Origin: Bugula neritina
Taxonomy: Eukaryota > Animalia > Bryozoa
DNA length: 64,000 bases
NCBI GenBank assembly: GCA_964035545.1
Contig: OZ037773.1
Coordinates: 7,903,751-7,967,750 of the forward strand
Direction: 5' to 3'
Shown here: positions 26,562 to 43,586 of the stretch, piece by piece
How positions within the stretch are numbered: position 1 is the stretch's first letter
Layout of the letters: each line of letters opens with the position of its first letter
Notes under the pieces: generated by a model
Databases searched by the model: none
What the model was told of the DNA's origin: nothing
The model's input: only the letters and a program-made list of their open reading frames with translations
Program-made: the position numbers and the translations under genes

Positions 26562-29500
26562 ATGTGTGATATTCTATCACTGTTTTCAATGGTAAGTCTT
26601 CTATAGATATATTTATTGTGTCATTTGCTTTCACATTATATAATAATAACGTATGATGGTATTTTATATGTAATATAATAGCGCCAACAGAATCATATTA
26701 ATTCACTCTGAAAAATAATTGTGACGTACAATGTTGATAATTTTAATGCAAAAAATATTTTTCCTAATAAAATGGCCAATGAGCGATTACATTAACAACG
26801 TGGATCTTTTTATATCTACATTCTAGCCATAACTTTTGTTATATGAGTTTAGCTCTGGCAGCTTTGCATTATTATTTCTGTCACCAGAATTACATACAGG
26901 ACATTTATATCTTCATCTCTACACCATAAAGTTCAATTAGCTTTAATCTGCTGCATGCATTAACTTGGCTTGCAATAGCTAGCTGAGTTTGTTATGAATT
27001 GCCATTCATGCTTAGATTCATTAGAATAGTGTTAATATATTCATGTAAATCTTTATTTAGATGCAGCATTTACTTCAAATTCTAGTAAGTTTCGATAGAC
27101 ACAGAAAGGGGTGTATCTAGGAAGGGGGTATATCTAAGAAGGGGGTATAATGAGGAAGATCTAGGGTGTAGCTAAGAAAGGGTAAATAGTACTAAATTGG
27201 CATGAAGGGAAAATAGTAGGCATAGATTTAAGAAGTACTTAGCAGCTCTGAGTAAACAAATAGTATGAGACAAAAATTAATAGGTCTAATATCCATTTTA
27301 AGAAAATGTGCGAATCTTTTTAAAATAAGGTTTTCTGATAAATGATTATTAAAGGTAAATCTCAATTTGCATTACTTTAGCTGTGTATGCTAGCAGTAAT
27401 CGGTACTGATTCGACAACAAAACTTCCAGAAGAAGACAACTCTCTCTTTATAGATCACGTGGCTCATGCAGGGTATGTGATATTGAAATTTTCACCTATG
27501 TTGTACTCAATAGATTCATTAGCTGATTAGATGCGCTATGTTGGCACTAGGGTAACGTTTCAGCTGGCACTGTGCATGAACTTTTGCACCAGTTTATGAA
27601 TGCCTCTTTTTATAAATCCGATCAGTCAATTTGCTGATATAATACATCTGTATTCTAAACCATCTATATGTTATTATGTGTTTCATCTATTATATGCTGT
27701 CACAAATATATATAACGTTATTTATAGCACTTTTAGTGTTTCATATTATTTTATATCATTTTAGACTTCGTTTTGGACAACTGACAAGTTATTTCAAAGA
27801 CTTGATTTCACAAATTTACTACTTAGAAATCGACAAATATGTTGACCATCACCTAATTTTCAGTGAAGGCTCAGCTCTCAAGTCAACTAATGGAGAGCAC
27901 ATAGAACTCATTACGGGCTCTACCTCCGAGCGTGGATACACCAACAGCCATGGTGCACAGGCTAGATTCAACATCATCTCATACTTTATACAGCTGAACA
28001 GCACTCATGTTGTGCTGTTGGACTACTGGAACTCATGCTTACGTCTTGTGTATAGAAAGACAACAATAGCAACTAATTATACAGGGCTATGCACACAGTC
28101 TGGGTACGCAGATGGCGGCCCGCAACAGGCAATGTTCTTAAGACCTCCCGCAATGATAATGGGAATGGGAGAGTTAAAAGATTCTATCATAGTGTTGGAC
28201 AGTCTGAATGATGCAATAAGGACAGTAGATATACAAAACAAAATGGTGGGTACACTGGTGAAATCTGAGAAATTTCACTTCCTGTCGGCCATGACTTGGG
28301 AGATGAGTGTGAATAAAGAAGAGGATGTGTTAATTCTGATTGGAGCCACTTCTATAAACAAACTTAGAGTATCTGGAACTGACTTTATCACATCCTACGG
28401 CATTGTAGCCGGTACCACTGATAACGCCCTAATAGGCTTTCAAGATGGCGGTCTACAACAAGCTCGATTTAACAATCCATTACAGATAATGGCCATAGCC
28501 AAAAACGTGTATTTAGTGTCAGATCCAGAAAACAGTAGAATCCGGCTGGTGGATCTTATAACTCAACAAGTATCCTCCATATGCACACGGCCAGCCACCA
28601 CTATCTACGGGCCAATATCTAAGTGTAGTTTACAATCTCCCAGGGCTTTGCTCTTACAAGGTCATGCTAATGTATATATTGGAGCTGATGGTGAGATCCT
28701 TAGACTTCCAGGTGAGTTACGGTTGGTAGGTTCTGGGAGTAAGTTTTACTAGAAGGTTCTGGAAAAATATCAAAATCTATAAAGTTGCAAAACTTTGCTC
28801 AAAGACCTGTAACAATTAAACAGTTTAAAAATTGCACTTTTTGTATAAATTTGAAGTTATTCAAGGCTGACTTAGATTAATGGACGGACTATACATATTT
28901 AAAAAAACAAAAATCTGCATCTACACACCAAAACAGTTTGATAATAAAATGGAAATAATTATGTACTGCTATTTCACTGTCTAACAAGGAAGCTTACATC
29001 TGTTTTGCATGTCATAATGTGAAAATAATTAACTATTGAATAGAAATTACCAGCAGCTCATCTTGTTCCCCATTAAAAACCTGCAGCATAAATTTAATAC
29101 ATTATGATCTATACTCATTACCATCTATATATTGATGTACTAAGCCTGTTTCCTTACTTTTGTCTACAGTGTTATTTGCCTGTCCGAAAGCTCCAGATGT
29201 CCAGGATTCAGAGAGATTGGTGCTGAAGTCCAGTGTTGTGTACACATGTCTGAAAGGGTATAGCAGAGTTAGTGGAGACAGAGTTATTAACTGCTCCAAC
29301 CTCACTAATCAGTGGATTGGTGAACCACCACTGTGCATACGAAATGGTAAAGTGATACTTTTAGTGATAATCTACTTTTTTGAGAATAGTTAACTTTATG
29401 CCACAGTCATTGCTCTCTGTAAGAACTTTTGTTTTTGAATCATTGATGTAGAAAATATTCTTTTCCTGCAGCATAATTACTTTTTTTAAACTCTGAAAGG

Positions 29501-29833
29501 AAAGCAAACAAATTGGAGCAGAACTTTCTAAAACTTAATGTCAAAACACTACGTATATATTTTACAGTGAGCATAGTGTCTGTATACACCGGGGCTATAG
29601 CTGGATCCTTCATCTTGCTTTCTCTAATTGGAGTGTGGATATTCAGCTGTGAGGAAGTCAGCCGGGAACACCACGGCAGCATAGCGGGGAAGCGCAACAA
29701 ACCCTCTGACCATTCTAAAATCACAGACTCTGACACATGGACTACTTCTGGTGCCAGTGTTAGCAGCAAAGGAAGACGGCATAAAAAACAGAGGCGGAAT
29801 GACCGCCATTCTTTTAGACCATTTAGAAAATAA
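26562..29833 (+). CDS. Type I membrane protein: signal peptide + NHL-repeat beta-propeller + sushi/CCP + TM + basic tail
   Basis: Exons: 26562-26591 and 27381-27472 (MCDILSLFSMLCMLAVIG, signal-like); 27765-28711 (GYADGGPQQAMFLRP, GFQDGGLQQARFNNP, VSDPENSRIRLVDL, NHL motifs); 29170-29346 (CPKAP...YTCLKGY...C...W.GEPPLC, sushi); 29568-29833 (TM, then RRHKKQRR). Phases are consistent. Confidence 0.85.
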
Positions 29834-30645
29834 CTGTTTAGTCAGTAACTTTGTCTAATAACAAAAATGCTAGCATAAATATGATATTGTAATGTTGTGC
29901 TTCATGCTATTAATCAACAGTGTATAGCTTTATTATAATACAATCAGTTAACTCTAAACACATCATTTAAAATAAGTCTGTAGTGTGTTCATAAAGTTTT
30001 AATCATTGCACTGCGAGTTTTGAAGAAACTCGCAATGTATAATAAATCATTTGCCTTGGTATTTCAGCAAAACTTCTAAAACTGTATAGGCTTTAATGAA
30101 GTGTGGTTTTAAAATTTTAAATAGAAATGTTTTTATTTTATTGCGAGGGCATAATATTTTGAGTTTATAAAACAATAGCTAAATACGCAGCTATAACACT
30201 TCAGGCCTAGCTTCATGAAAGCTTCTCTGTAATACTAATTGAGTAGTTGGTAACTGTGTATTCTAACATCCTGGTTGCAAGCTTTTCAGTCTCTAATGTA
30301 ATATAACAAAATTTATTGGGTGAAGAATTAAAAAAAATATACACAGTGTAAACATATAAAAGTAAATAAATGAAAAAGTGGCTAAAATGACAAAACATAA
30401 CAGTAATAAACCTAATGGCAAATAATACATATAATCTGTGCAGATGATGTTAGATGAGTTAATAATATATTTTACGGCAGCATGTAGTGTTTAGTTCTGG
30501 TGTGGCAGCACTCAGATAATGAGAGAATGTTGGTCTGAGGTCAAGAAAGCTGTCAGAAATTAGCTGCGTGCCTGAAATAAGGTGAATATAAAGCCTGTCA
30601 TCTACTATTTCAAACCAATCATGTTGTTTCACCCACACTGACCGC

Positions 30646-32805
30646 TCAGACAACACTATCTAACATGAACATTTGTTTAAAAGTTTACAGTATCTAAGCT
30701 GCTGAAAAGCTAATACACAACACAAAACATGTGCTACAGTACAGACTTATAGACTAGCAGTATAGACTAGCAGTATAGACTTATAGACTAGCAGTATAGA
30801 CTTATAGACTAGCAGTATAGACTTATATGGTACCTAAATATACACAGAACCTATCTACTTTATCAACATATCTTTATCCTGAGAAATAAAACCCTTAGCT
30901 TTATAAATATCTTCATATTTTCATGCATTTGTATTATTAAAACTTTAAATAGAGACAATAATATAGAGTATAGCGGATCACATTATACAACAAATGAGTC
31001 ACCTAGCTGTGCTGCTGTAAGTCGTGGAATCGCTTTACCTTCTCTGTGAACTCCAGCATCTCTGCTCAACTCTCTGACTGGCAGCCATGAGGCCTCTGCA
31101 TTTTCATTAGGGACAACATGGCTACGGGGGAAATACTCCCTTCCAGTAACTCCCTCTGTCTGACTCACAATTCGGGGAATGAATAACCTTGGACGCTGGA
31201 AACATAAACATGTGAATATAACTCCTACAAACAGCCTTCTGCTCTACCTATCTGGTTGACAGCAAGCAAAGGTCAACTATATAAAATTTATTTTCTCCGA
31301 CTAACCAACTAATCGAGAAGCTGTAGGTACGGACTCAGCTGGACCCACATTATCTTGAGTCTGTACTAGGTAGTTTTTATAGCTTTTATTATCTTGTGGT
31401 AAATATACAGATTATTTAGTGAAATGAGAGAAGGTACAAGTTGGAGTAGAGACATTTGTGCTATAGTAGGGTTCATAATTGACAAGAGAGAAAGCACACA
31501 TTCTGGAATCTTTCACACCAGAAGGAGTCACACCTATATTTGACATGTACCTTTGTATGAGAAGCTGCCGCCTGGCTTGTGGCATCGTGCTGCCGTTTGA
31601 AAGACTTGCCAAGATTAGGTTTCTCCAGTTCAAAGGTAAGCTCCCTGGCAGCAGATACTCTGTGCTGATTGGTTGTACCAGCAGGAGGGAAAGCGGGGCC
31701 TGCAGGAGCTACTATAGGGTCAAATCCCATGGCATCAAGGTATGCATTGAGCAGCTCTACTGGGGAAAAATCATCCATGTCAAGGTTCTGTACAGTACAC
31801 CACACCTCAGCTGTAACCGGATAAGACAGTATATAACACATGTATAACCATATATAACACATGTATAACCATGTGTAACCATGTATAACTAGATGTAACC
31901 AGGCAAAACCAGATGTAACCATGTATAACCAGGTGTAGCCATGTGTATACCTAGATTTAACCAGGTAAGAAGAGCTGCCTCTTACTATACATGTATGATT
32001 AACCCAATCACTAGCTGTGTGTCTGTCTGTCTATATCTATTATATTAACAGACTAGCATTGGCTCATTGATTCACATCTGAACTACTGAATCAGAGACCA
32101 CAAATATATGCTGCGCAGCCCACACTACCATATACTTTCTTGTAGTCTAGTCTATGATTATCCAAGTATAACAAGTTTTGCCAGACTTACCAGAAAATGA
32201 AGTGTTCTTCAGAACATTACTCCTCTGAAAGAAAGCAGGATTTAGCCCGAGTTCCCTGCATACTGTATCTATTTTATTTTCTAAGAAGCAGAAGTATGCC
32301 ACAACCCTCTGTAGGAGCATCACCTAAAGAATGGCAGGCAGAGAGGCTGACAGGGCTGGTATGTCACAGTGTATGCACCAACTGAGCTTGTCATGTTTGC
32401 ATCTATTTACAGGTGCTAACAGAATCAGATAGGTAGAACATTGCACTCTATGAAACCTAATACAGGGTTTTTCATTTTAAATTTTGTTAACATCTTCAAA
32501 ATAAATTCTCAAGAACATCCTTTAATCTGTTTTGATTTTATGCGAAATGCTGAGTTTTTACTTGAAATTATCATAGAAATTGCTAAATAATAGCAATGCT
32601 AATATGGCAGCACCATTGACAATGAATATGTATACATGTAGCACAGCAATACTTAAACAACACATACTTACATATTTTATATACTTCTATTTTATCATAG
32701 GAATAATAATGTATCAATTCGTACCTTGGTCTCTCTCGTATCTATACATATAGGCAATATGTTCACACAACTGTTTATCAGTTCATTAGTTTCTTTGTGT
32801 CTCTT

Positions 32806-32864
<59 letters not shown>

Positions 32865-33799
32865 CGCGATATCATGAAATGTTTTATATAATATGTTGCA
32901 AGACAAAACACATACATTGTAATGCTGCGAAATTGACTACTACTAAAAAAATTTTCATATATAAAGAAATTATCAAAATACATTTATTAGAGACGTAAAC
33001 TCAACTACTCAATGAGCTATGAATAACATGTGATGGTAAATGGCTAAGTGGTTAGACTGTAAGCTCAAGAAAACATTTTATAAATTCTTTTCTATTTTAT
33101 ATAATTATAAAAAACAACATTTATAAATTATTTTCTGATTTTCATTATGACTAAGCTTATAGTTTATGCACCTAAATTTGCATGGCTAGTTGTTGAACTT
33201 TCTTATTCTACTTAGCACATAGGTTATGTACCTTTCATTGATACGGTGTTGTAATGCCTCAGTAGCTTGTGGCTTTTTTTCTCCTCCCAATTGGCGTCTG
33301 CTATTTGGTTTTTGGCGCCACATGCTATTGAAAGGAGCTGTTTCAGTTGAGTGCACAACAGAAGGCTCTGAGCCAATCGTATTGTCTTTTACAAATATCA
33401 TGGACCAATCATTTGAACTCTCTGCAGACAACCATTATAGCACATTTCATATTATCTCTCTAGCAAAAAATAATATTATTACATTATACTTGTTACTAGA
33501 TATTGAATATATACAGACTGTTTGTTTTCAGAAATTCACTCAAGTTTGTCAATTTACAAACTTTAAAATCTTATAAGTTGTGGATTCACTTGAAATAATA
33601 GAAAAAACTTAGCATCTATAAGGCTACAAACTTCAATTAACACCAGTGCAACCAAATATGACTGTGTGTAAACTTTTAACCTAATTTACAAAACAATTTG
33701 TTTTCACTTAATACATTTAGAGAGATGCTAACCTACTAATCTGTCCAAATGACTGATTTCTATATAGTCAGCATCATCACTACCCTGGGCCATACTCAT
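30646..33799 (-). CDS. Divergent bHLH transcription factor (possibly MEIOSIN/BHMG1-like); 3' end uncertain
   Basis: Exons 33799-33733, 33421-33232, 32806-32725, 32323-32191, 31810-31551, about 31360-31310, 31195-31003 and about 30659-30646. The spliced product contains QHRINERKRHKETNELINSCVNILPICIDTRETKVMLLQRVVAYFCFLENKID, which reads as basic region (H-x3-E-R-x-R), helix 1, LP loop and helix 2 (TK..LL....Y..FLE). Confidence 0.75.
30742..30826. repeat. ~21-bp minisatellite AGACTTATAGACTAGCAGTAT
   Basis: About 4 copies in an intron of the bHLH gene. Confidence 0.85.
31830..31965. repeat. 10-bp tandem repeat (ATGTATAACC-like) next to a bHLH-gene acceptor
   Basis: About 13 degenerate copies. 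Confidence 0.8.
32808..32862. repeat. (TA)n microsatellite abutting the acceptor AG of the bHLH basic-region exon
   Basis: Perfect run of about 27 TA units. The minus strand reads ...TATATATAG|GAAGAGACAC. Confidence 0.97.
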
Positions 33800-34918
33800 A
33801 TCTATAAAACAACCAATAAAATGCATTATATTGCAGCGAATTATCAGTGTAACTTGGTTAGTATTTTTACATGCAGTCTGCATTTTTTATCATTTTCATA
33901 GCACAATACTATAATAGTATTACGATTTAGTTGGTATATTACTGATTCAGTTAACATCAACATGCGGTCTTTAATTTTTATGATCATTCAAGATTTTGAT
34001 TTAGTATGCAATCATTATATTTCAAGTTTAATTAGTTGAGTGGGCAACTAATGAAATAATTTGAAGGGACCCAAAGACTAATTGGGTTTATTTTAGGACT
34101 AGTCTAGCTCATTAGCAGTAATGTCTTTTCTAATTAAACATACAACATATTTACCTCTTCTAGTTCTAATAACTATAAGTATAAGTATAGGTAATAATTC
34201 AAATTTTAAATTCATGAACTAATAGTAATTAATTACTAATTTCAATGTTTTTCATTTCTATTTAATTTTATAAGTTGTAAATAAAAGATTTTGTGATAAT
34301 TATAAATGTTATTTTATATATAGTACTTATATCTAACATAAAATTACACTCAACTGCTGAACTAGTTTAACTGACTGTAAAATTGAATATATAAGTATTA
34401 GTATTACTATTAGTATTAGTATAGCAACAATCTTTTTTATATCTTTATATGTAGTTATAACAAAAACATTATTAGTAATACTATCAGATATTAGCAATGA
34501 TGTTGCAATTATTTTTATCATATGTATTATTATAATGAATATGCAATACTTAAGTCTGAATCTTATCTCACAGTAGGGGGTTTCTTGTTTCAGTCAAAGG
34601 GTTAAAGTGATGGTAGATCGCACTAGTTTCAGCAGAAGCAAAACGATTAGTAAAACGATGTATGATTGGTTGAAACTTTAGAAATTAAATACTGGCAAGT
34701 TAATTGTATTTGCTGATGTTTCATATGACTGTTTTTCGTCGTATCTACTTCGAAATGATGTTATAATTTTTACGTATGTAATCAGAACGTTAGCATAAAG
34801 CGAAAGTGCAACACCAAAGCGAAACCTTGCCTGGTAGATCAATTGAGAAATGTCAGCTCAGTTGTCAGTTGTGTCTCCGGCTAATCATTTCTACTTATGA
34901 GAATCATTGAGAATTAAA

Positions 34919-38961
<4,043 letters not shown>

Positions 38962-38988
<27 letters not shown>

Positions 38989-39063
38989 ATATCTAGCTTT
39001 CTACTCTACAGTTTGAGCTAGAATAGATATCTAACTCTACTCTACAATTTGAGCTAGAATAAA
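38962..39063 (+). repeat. 36-38-bp triplication of the KHK C-terminus and stop codon
   Basis: TCTACTCTACAGTTTGAGCTAGAATAGATATCTA at 38962, 39000 and 39036. Confidence 0.9.
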
Positions 39064-39667
39064 CAGATCTGAGGGCACTTGTTGTAGACTGTCTGCTAAT
39101 AGCAGTTTGAAGGAGCGTTTGATCATGCTCATTGGCATGAGTTATAATGTTTACTATATTATTCTGTTATATTAGTATCATTTATGTTATATTAACCTAT
39201 TGCTGTATTACTATGTGATATTACTCTATTATTATGTTGGATTACTATATATTCTGCTATATTATTATAATGTAGTACTATATTACTATGTTATATTAGT
39301 ATCATTTATGTTATAGTACTGTGTTATCATGTTATATTACTATGTTATATTAGTATCGTTTATGTTATATGGTATTTTACGATGTTTGTGGTTTTATTGC
39401 CTAGACACATTTTATCTAGTTTGTATCTACACATGGTGCTGTGGCAGACATGTTTGTATGTATCTATGCTTATTGTTTATATAATACGCTGTGTATAATA
39501 AAATGTTCTGGTAGTTGCTGCTAGTTCAGAGAATGAAAAGAACTCAATGCATCAGTTATATAATAAAATATATTTATTTATTTGTCTAGCATCAGCCTGT
39601 TGTTGCAGATTCTTAAAATAAAAGCTGTTGATGACACTTTACTAGTAAAAAAAACTGCTGATTACAC

Positions 39668-41368
39668 CTATTCGGCATATAAACCATAGACAGTAGCCAC
39701 TGCATGTAAACTCTTATTCTCAAAAACTACAGACGTAAAACTATCAACTTTCTCATCCCAAGCACATCTACTAACAGTCCTTAAACTTTGACCCAGTTTC
39801 TGGCAAATCAGAACGTTACACACTAATTTATATCTGTCCATAGGCATCCTCTTGACAGCGCACAGAATCTTCTCCGTCAGGGATGTCATCTGCTGCTGGC
39901 TCCGTTCATGGTCGTACGTCTCTTGCAGAAGTTCTCTCTTCAGAATGGTTTCTATGAGTTTCTTGACTTCAATATGTGGAAATGTCCGTTCCTATAACAT
40001 ACAGTGAGTGTAAACTTAAGGCCCGATCAATACAAGAGATATATTGCTAAGTCATGGCTATTCCTGTACTTCCTGTTCGCTATATATCAAGAATATTTAG
40101 TTTCCTCCCTCAACATCTGTAGTCATTATGTATCTACCTCACCAGTTGCTTAGCCAGATAAAGTAAATAACGAGTCTTTTATATTTTATACCTGACTTGT
40201 GCAAAATCAAAAGCTCTAGCTTTAACTTCTCAAACTTACTTTCATATATTTTCATTCTTACAAGTTACAATTTCACTTAAAGTGATATTATAATTTATTG
40301 ACATATACAATTATAACATGACATATTACCATTTCATTTGCTCATTATCTCTAGTTACTAATTGCTTATAATAACTTTATTAAAAGTGACCCAAAAGTTG
40401 TCAACCATAAGTTGTGGAGTATTTTGAAACGCACAACTATTACATGCAGTTTGAATAAAATAAGTGAACGATGTTTCACTGAGTGTTAACCTTTGCTGGT
40501 CCTAGCTGGTATGTGGGTGGTCTTGATACAGGTAGTCTAGGAAGGTCAGCGTCCCACGTTGTCATAGACATTGCTGATGGAGCCGTGGCCTGTTTCGGTC
40601 TTTTTCTTCACATTCAAATAAACATGAAGTATGAATACATATTACTTATATTTAAGCCACCATAAAGCCCACACATTGTTAATATTTCAACAAAAAGGGT
40701 GCAGCAGACATTTCTGTGGTCCATAAGGTGTAGCAAGAAGTTGAATTTAGTAAGTTACATATAGTAAAACAGGAGGAGTTAAAATCAAAAGTTTCTTGTG
40801 AAATACACCTGCATGAATTTGTCAATTTTGGCATCAAATGCTAAAAAAATTGAGTGAAATTTGTAAAAAAATATTTTAACATCAATTTAAAAACCAATAC
40901 TCATGCAGCTGCAATTTAAACCAAGGGGCATAAATCTATCACGAAAATTATGGGAACCCAAAAAATGCTAAAACTGTTTGAAATAGAATTGATACACGGT
41001 AAAATCATTCTAAAAGCATAAACCTTCAAGTTTGTAAAGAATGCGTATTACTATGCTTATACTTAATTTATGATTTAAAATAATTGCCAGGACAATGGCT
41101 TATTTAGAGCATAATATGTAGTGTGCATCATTACTCACAATATACTAGCTGTCTTGCAGTTGCTGTCACTTCTAGGCTCAGAGTTGACCCCCTGCTGGTG
41201 TGTCTGGCTGTATTTCACTGTTCTAGCTGACAGTGGTGTGTTGCTGCTGGGCATCTCTGGAGACTCTGGCATGTCGATAACTTTCTTTCCTGTTTGTATG
41301 TAGAAAGAATCCTGGGACATTTCCGTCTGTACTCTAGTAGTTTTTACTCTAGGTGTGCATTCTTTTCC
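39668..41368 (-). CDS. Tctex1-domain dynein light chain with N-terminal extension (TCTEX1D/DYNLT5-like); start uncertain
   Basis: Exons 41368-41139, 40605-40491 (PTYQLGP) and 39991-39668 (RYKLVCNVLICQKLGQSLRTVSRCAWDEKVDSF...FENKSLHAVATVYGLYAE, Tctex-1 signature). Confidence 0.88.
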
Positions 41369-43586
41369 CTATCTTCAAAAATAATCTACACTTTTAAAAT
41401 AAAGATAAATATCAATTAACAAGTTAATAACCAATATATTTGCATTGCAGTTTTTTCTTCACTCAATAATTTCTGGCATTTCCAGTTGGGCCTCTAACAT
41501 AAAATGTTGAAAGAAAATTAATTTCTGTTTTATTCGAACTATTTCAATTTTATATAGCCTACCTTAAATTTCGCCTATTCATAAATGGCGATGGTAATTA
41601 TTTAACATACCTGCCATATGCTAGTATTATAATGAGAATTCTCAACACGGAGACTGCTGTTTATTAAAAAATTGCATTCCAAATTTGAAACATATATAAA
41701 TCACCCTCTAAACATGAGTGGTTTGTCAAATCAATCATGATATATCAGCATATCATGCTAAGTGCTAACCAAATATTTGCAAATGTTTGAACAACGATAT
41801 TTTATTGTCATTTTAATGACAACAGCTGCCTGTATCCTTGTTTTATTTAACATAAGCTATTGATTTGTGGTTGGGTTGTTTGTAAACAGCTTATCACATG
41901 TAAAATAGTAAAATTAAAATCAATTAATCTTCAATAATTGTAGTTTATATGCCTATTTCATGTAGACTTCGCTGCCTAACATCTCTGTAAATGGAATACC
42001 TATTAAAACAATGTAGTCTGCTAGCCTCGCTGACTGAATATAACATTATTATCTTCTTCCAGCGAAACTATAAGATAATATTTTCATGTTATCAACAATT
42101 ACAATAATTTTCTTTACAAATAATTTATATAATAATTAGTAAGCACAAGCAATTATTGCTATTTGAAACAGATCACTAACATATTATTCAAATTGCATGA
42201 AATCGTAAAAAATTCCCTGAGATACCCTGATTATATGTTTAGTCAATAAAGTTTTATTTTTTGGAAACTGTTTAAAACTAAAATAACAAGTAAAAAAAAT
42301 GACAACTCTCACTGTTGAATTACATATTCTAATTTTTTGTGACAGAAGAAACATATCATATAATTATGATATTTGAGGCAGAGCAGATAAAGCTGTTACA
42401 GGTTTGATACAATAATTGGTTGAACCAAAAATAATGTTTTAGATTACCACATTATGAATAGAAAAGTTACACAATACACTATGTTGTTAGTGCATCAGCC
42501 TTTATCTGTCTCACTCCAATTATGGATCATTCTCATTGTGCTATCATAACAGGAAAGAACTTTAAAAGCTTGAAACCTATGCATGATTTGATAATGTGAA
42601 TATTACTACAAATAGCTGTAATCTTCTTTTGGATGCTATTTAAAAAGCCATAAAAAACTATTAACATAAATACCTGTGAAGATTGTAGTATCACGCTCTT
42701 GTAAAGGAAGACTGAATGCAATCTTACTGTTGAGTGCTGAGCTATTCCCAGTCAGCTAGTCATTTGTTTAGTGTGAATCTAAGACCTACAGATTCATCAT
42801 ACTATTAGTATCCAAGCAATTAAGTAACTTGCACGTTGAGCCAATTATTAACTGGCATCAAAAGATTCCTTTTTAAATAGCCTATTTACTTACTGACACT
42901 ACATTAATTGTAGAGGAAATAGTCTACTCGTCCCCACAGTTGTGCCTTTCAACCTCAGTCTTTGAGCATATACAATATTGTGCTTATAATAGCCATTATC
43001 ATGATCATCTAATAATGTTTGTAGTTTTTAATAAAGCAAATACATGCAATCATTTGTTTTAATGAATAGCCTTTGATAACAGCAAAGTATAAAGTGAACT
43101 TATTGCTGTCAAGTCAATATACAGACACACTGATTATTCTGTCCAACAATCTAGCAGTAAAAAGGGAACTGTAGGTCAACTAAACTTGCAGAAAAGTAAT
43201 TTAATTTCATTTAAATAGAATAATAAAACATCAGCTGTTTTTTTCTATCTGCAACCTGGAATGTGAGAAGTTTTGCGAAGAAACAAAGCAATAATTATTC
43301 CAAATTTTATTTCAGTGACAAATCTTTTAATAACAATTTCGTCAAGCAGTATTTTTATTTTAAAGTCACATATGTTCTTGTTACTGGGTTGATCCCTTTT
43401 ACAAGTTTGAGGTGAATTGGAGATATTGGAAGAAAAAGTTGTTTTCTTACAAAAAAACTAGAAAGCATAGTAAAATATAAGGCTTGTGAAATCTCTAACG
43501 AGAGTTGTATTATTTTCATAAAATTAACTGATACCTGTAAAGATATAATCAAGATGGATTAAGTACATATACATGTGATCTTCAGT

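Noticed and set aside
27105-27185. G-tract repeats as a possible G-quadruplex
   Set aside because: Loops of 12-18 nt make a stable G4 doubtful. It is better described as a short degenerate 17-bp repeat.
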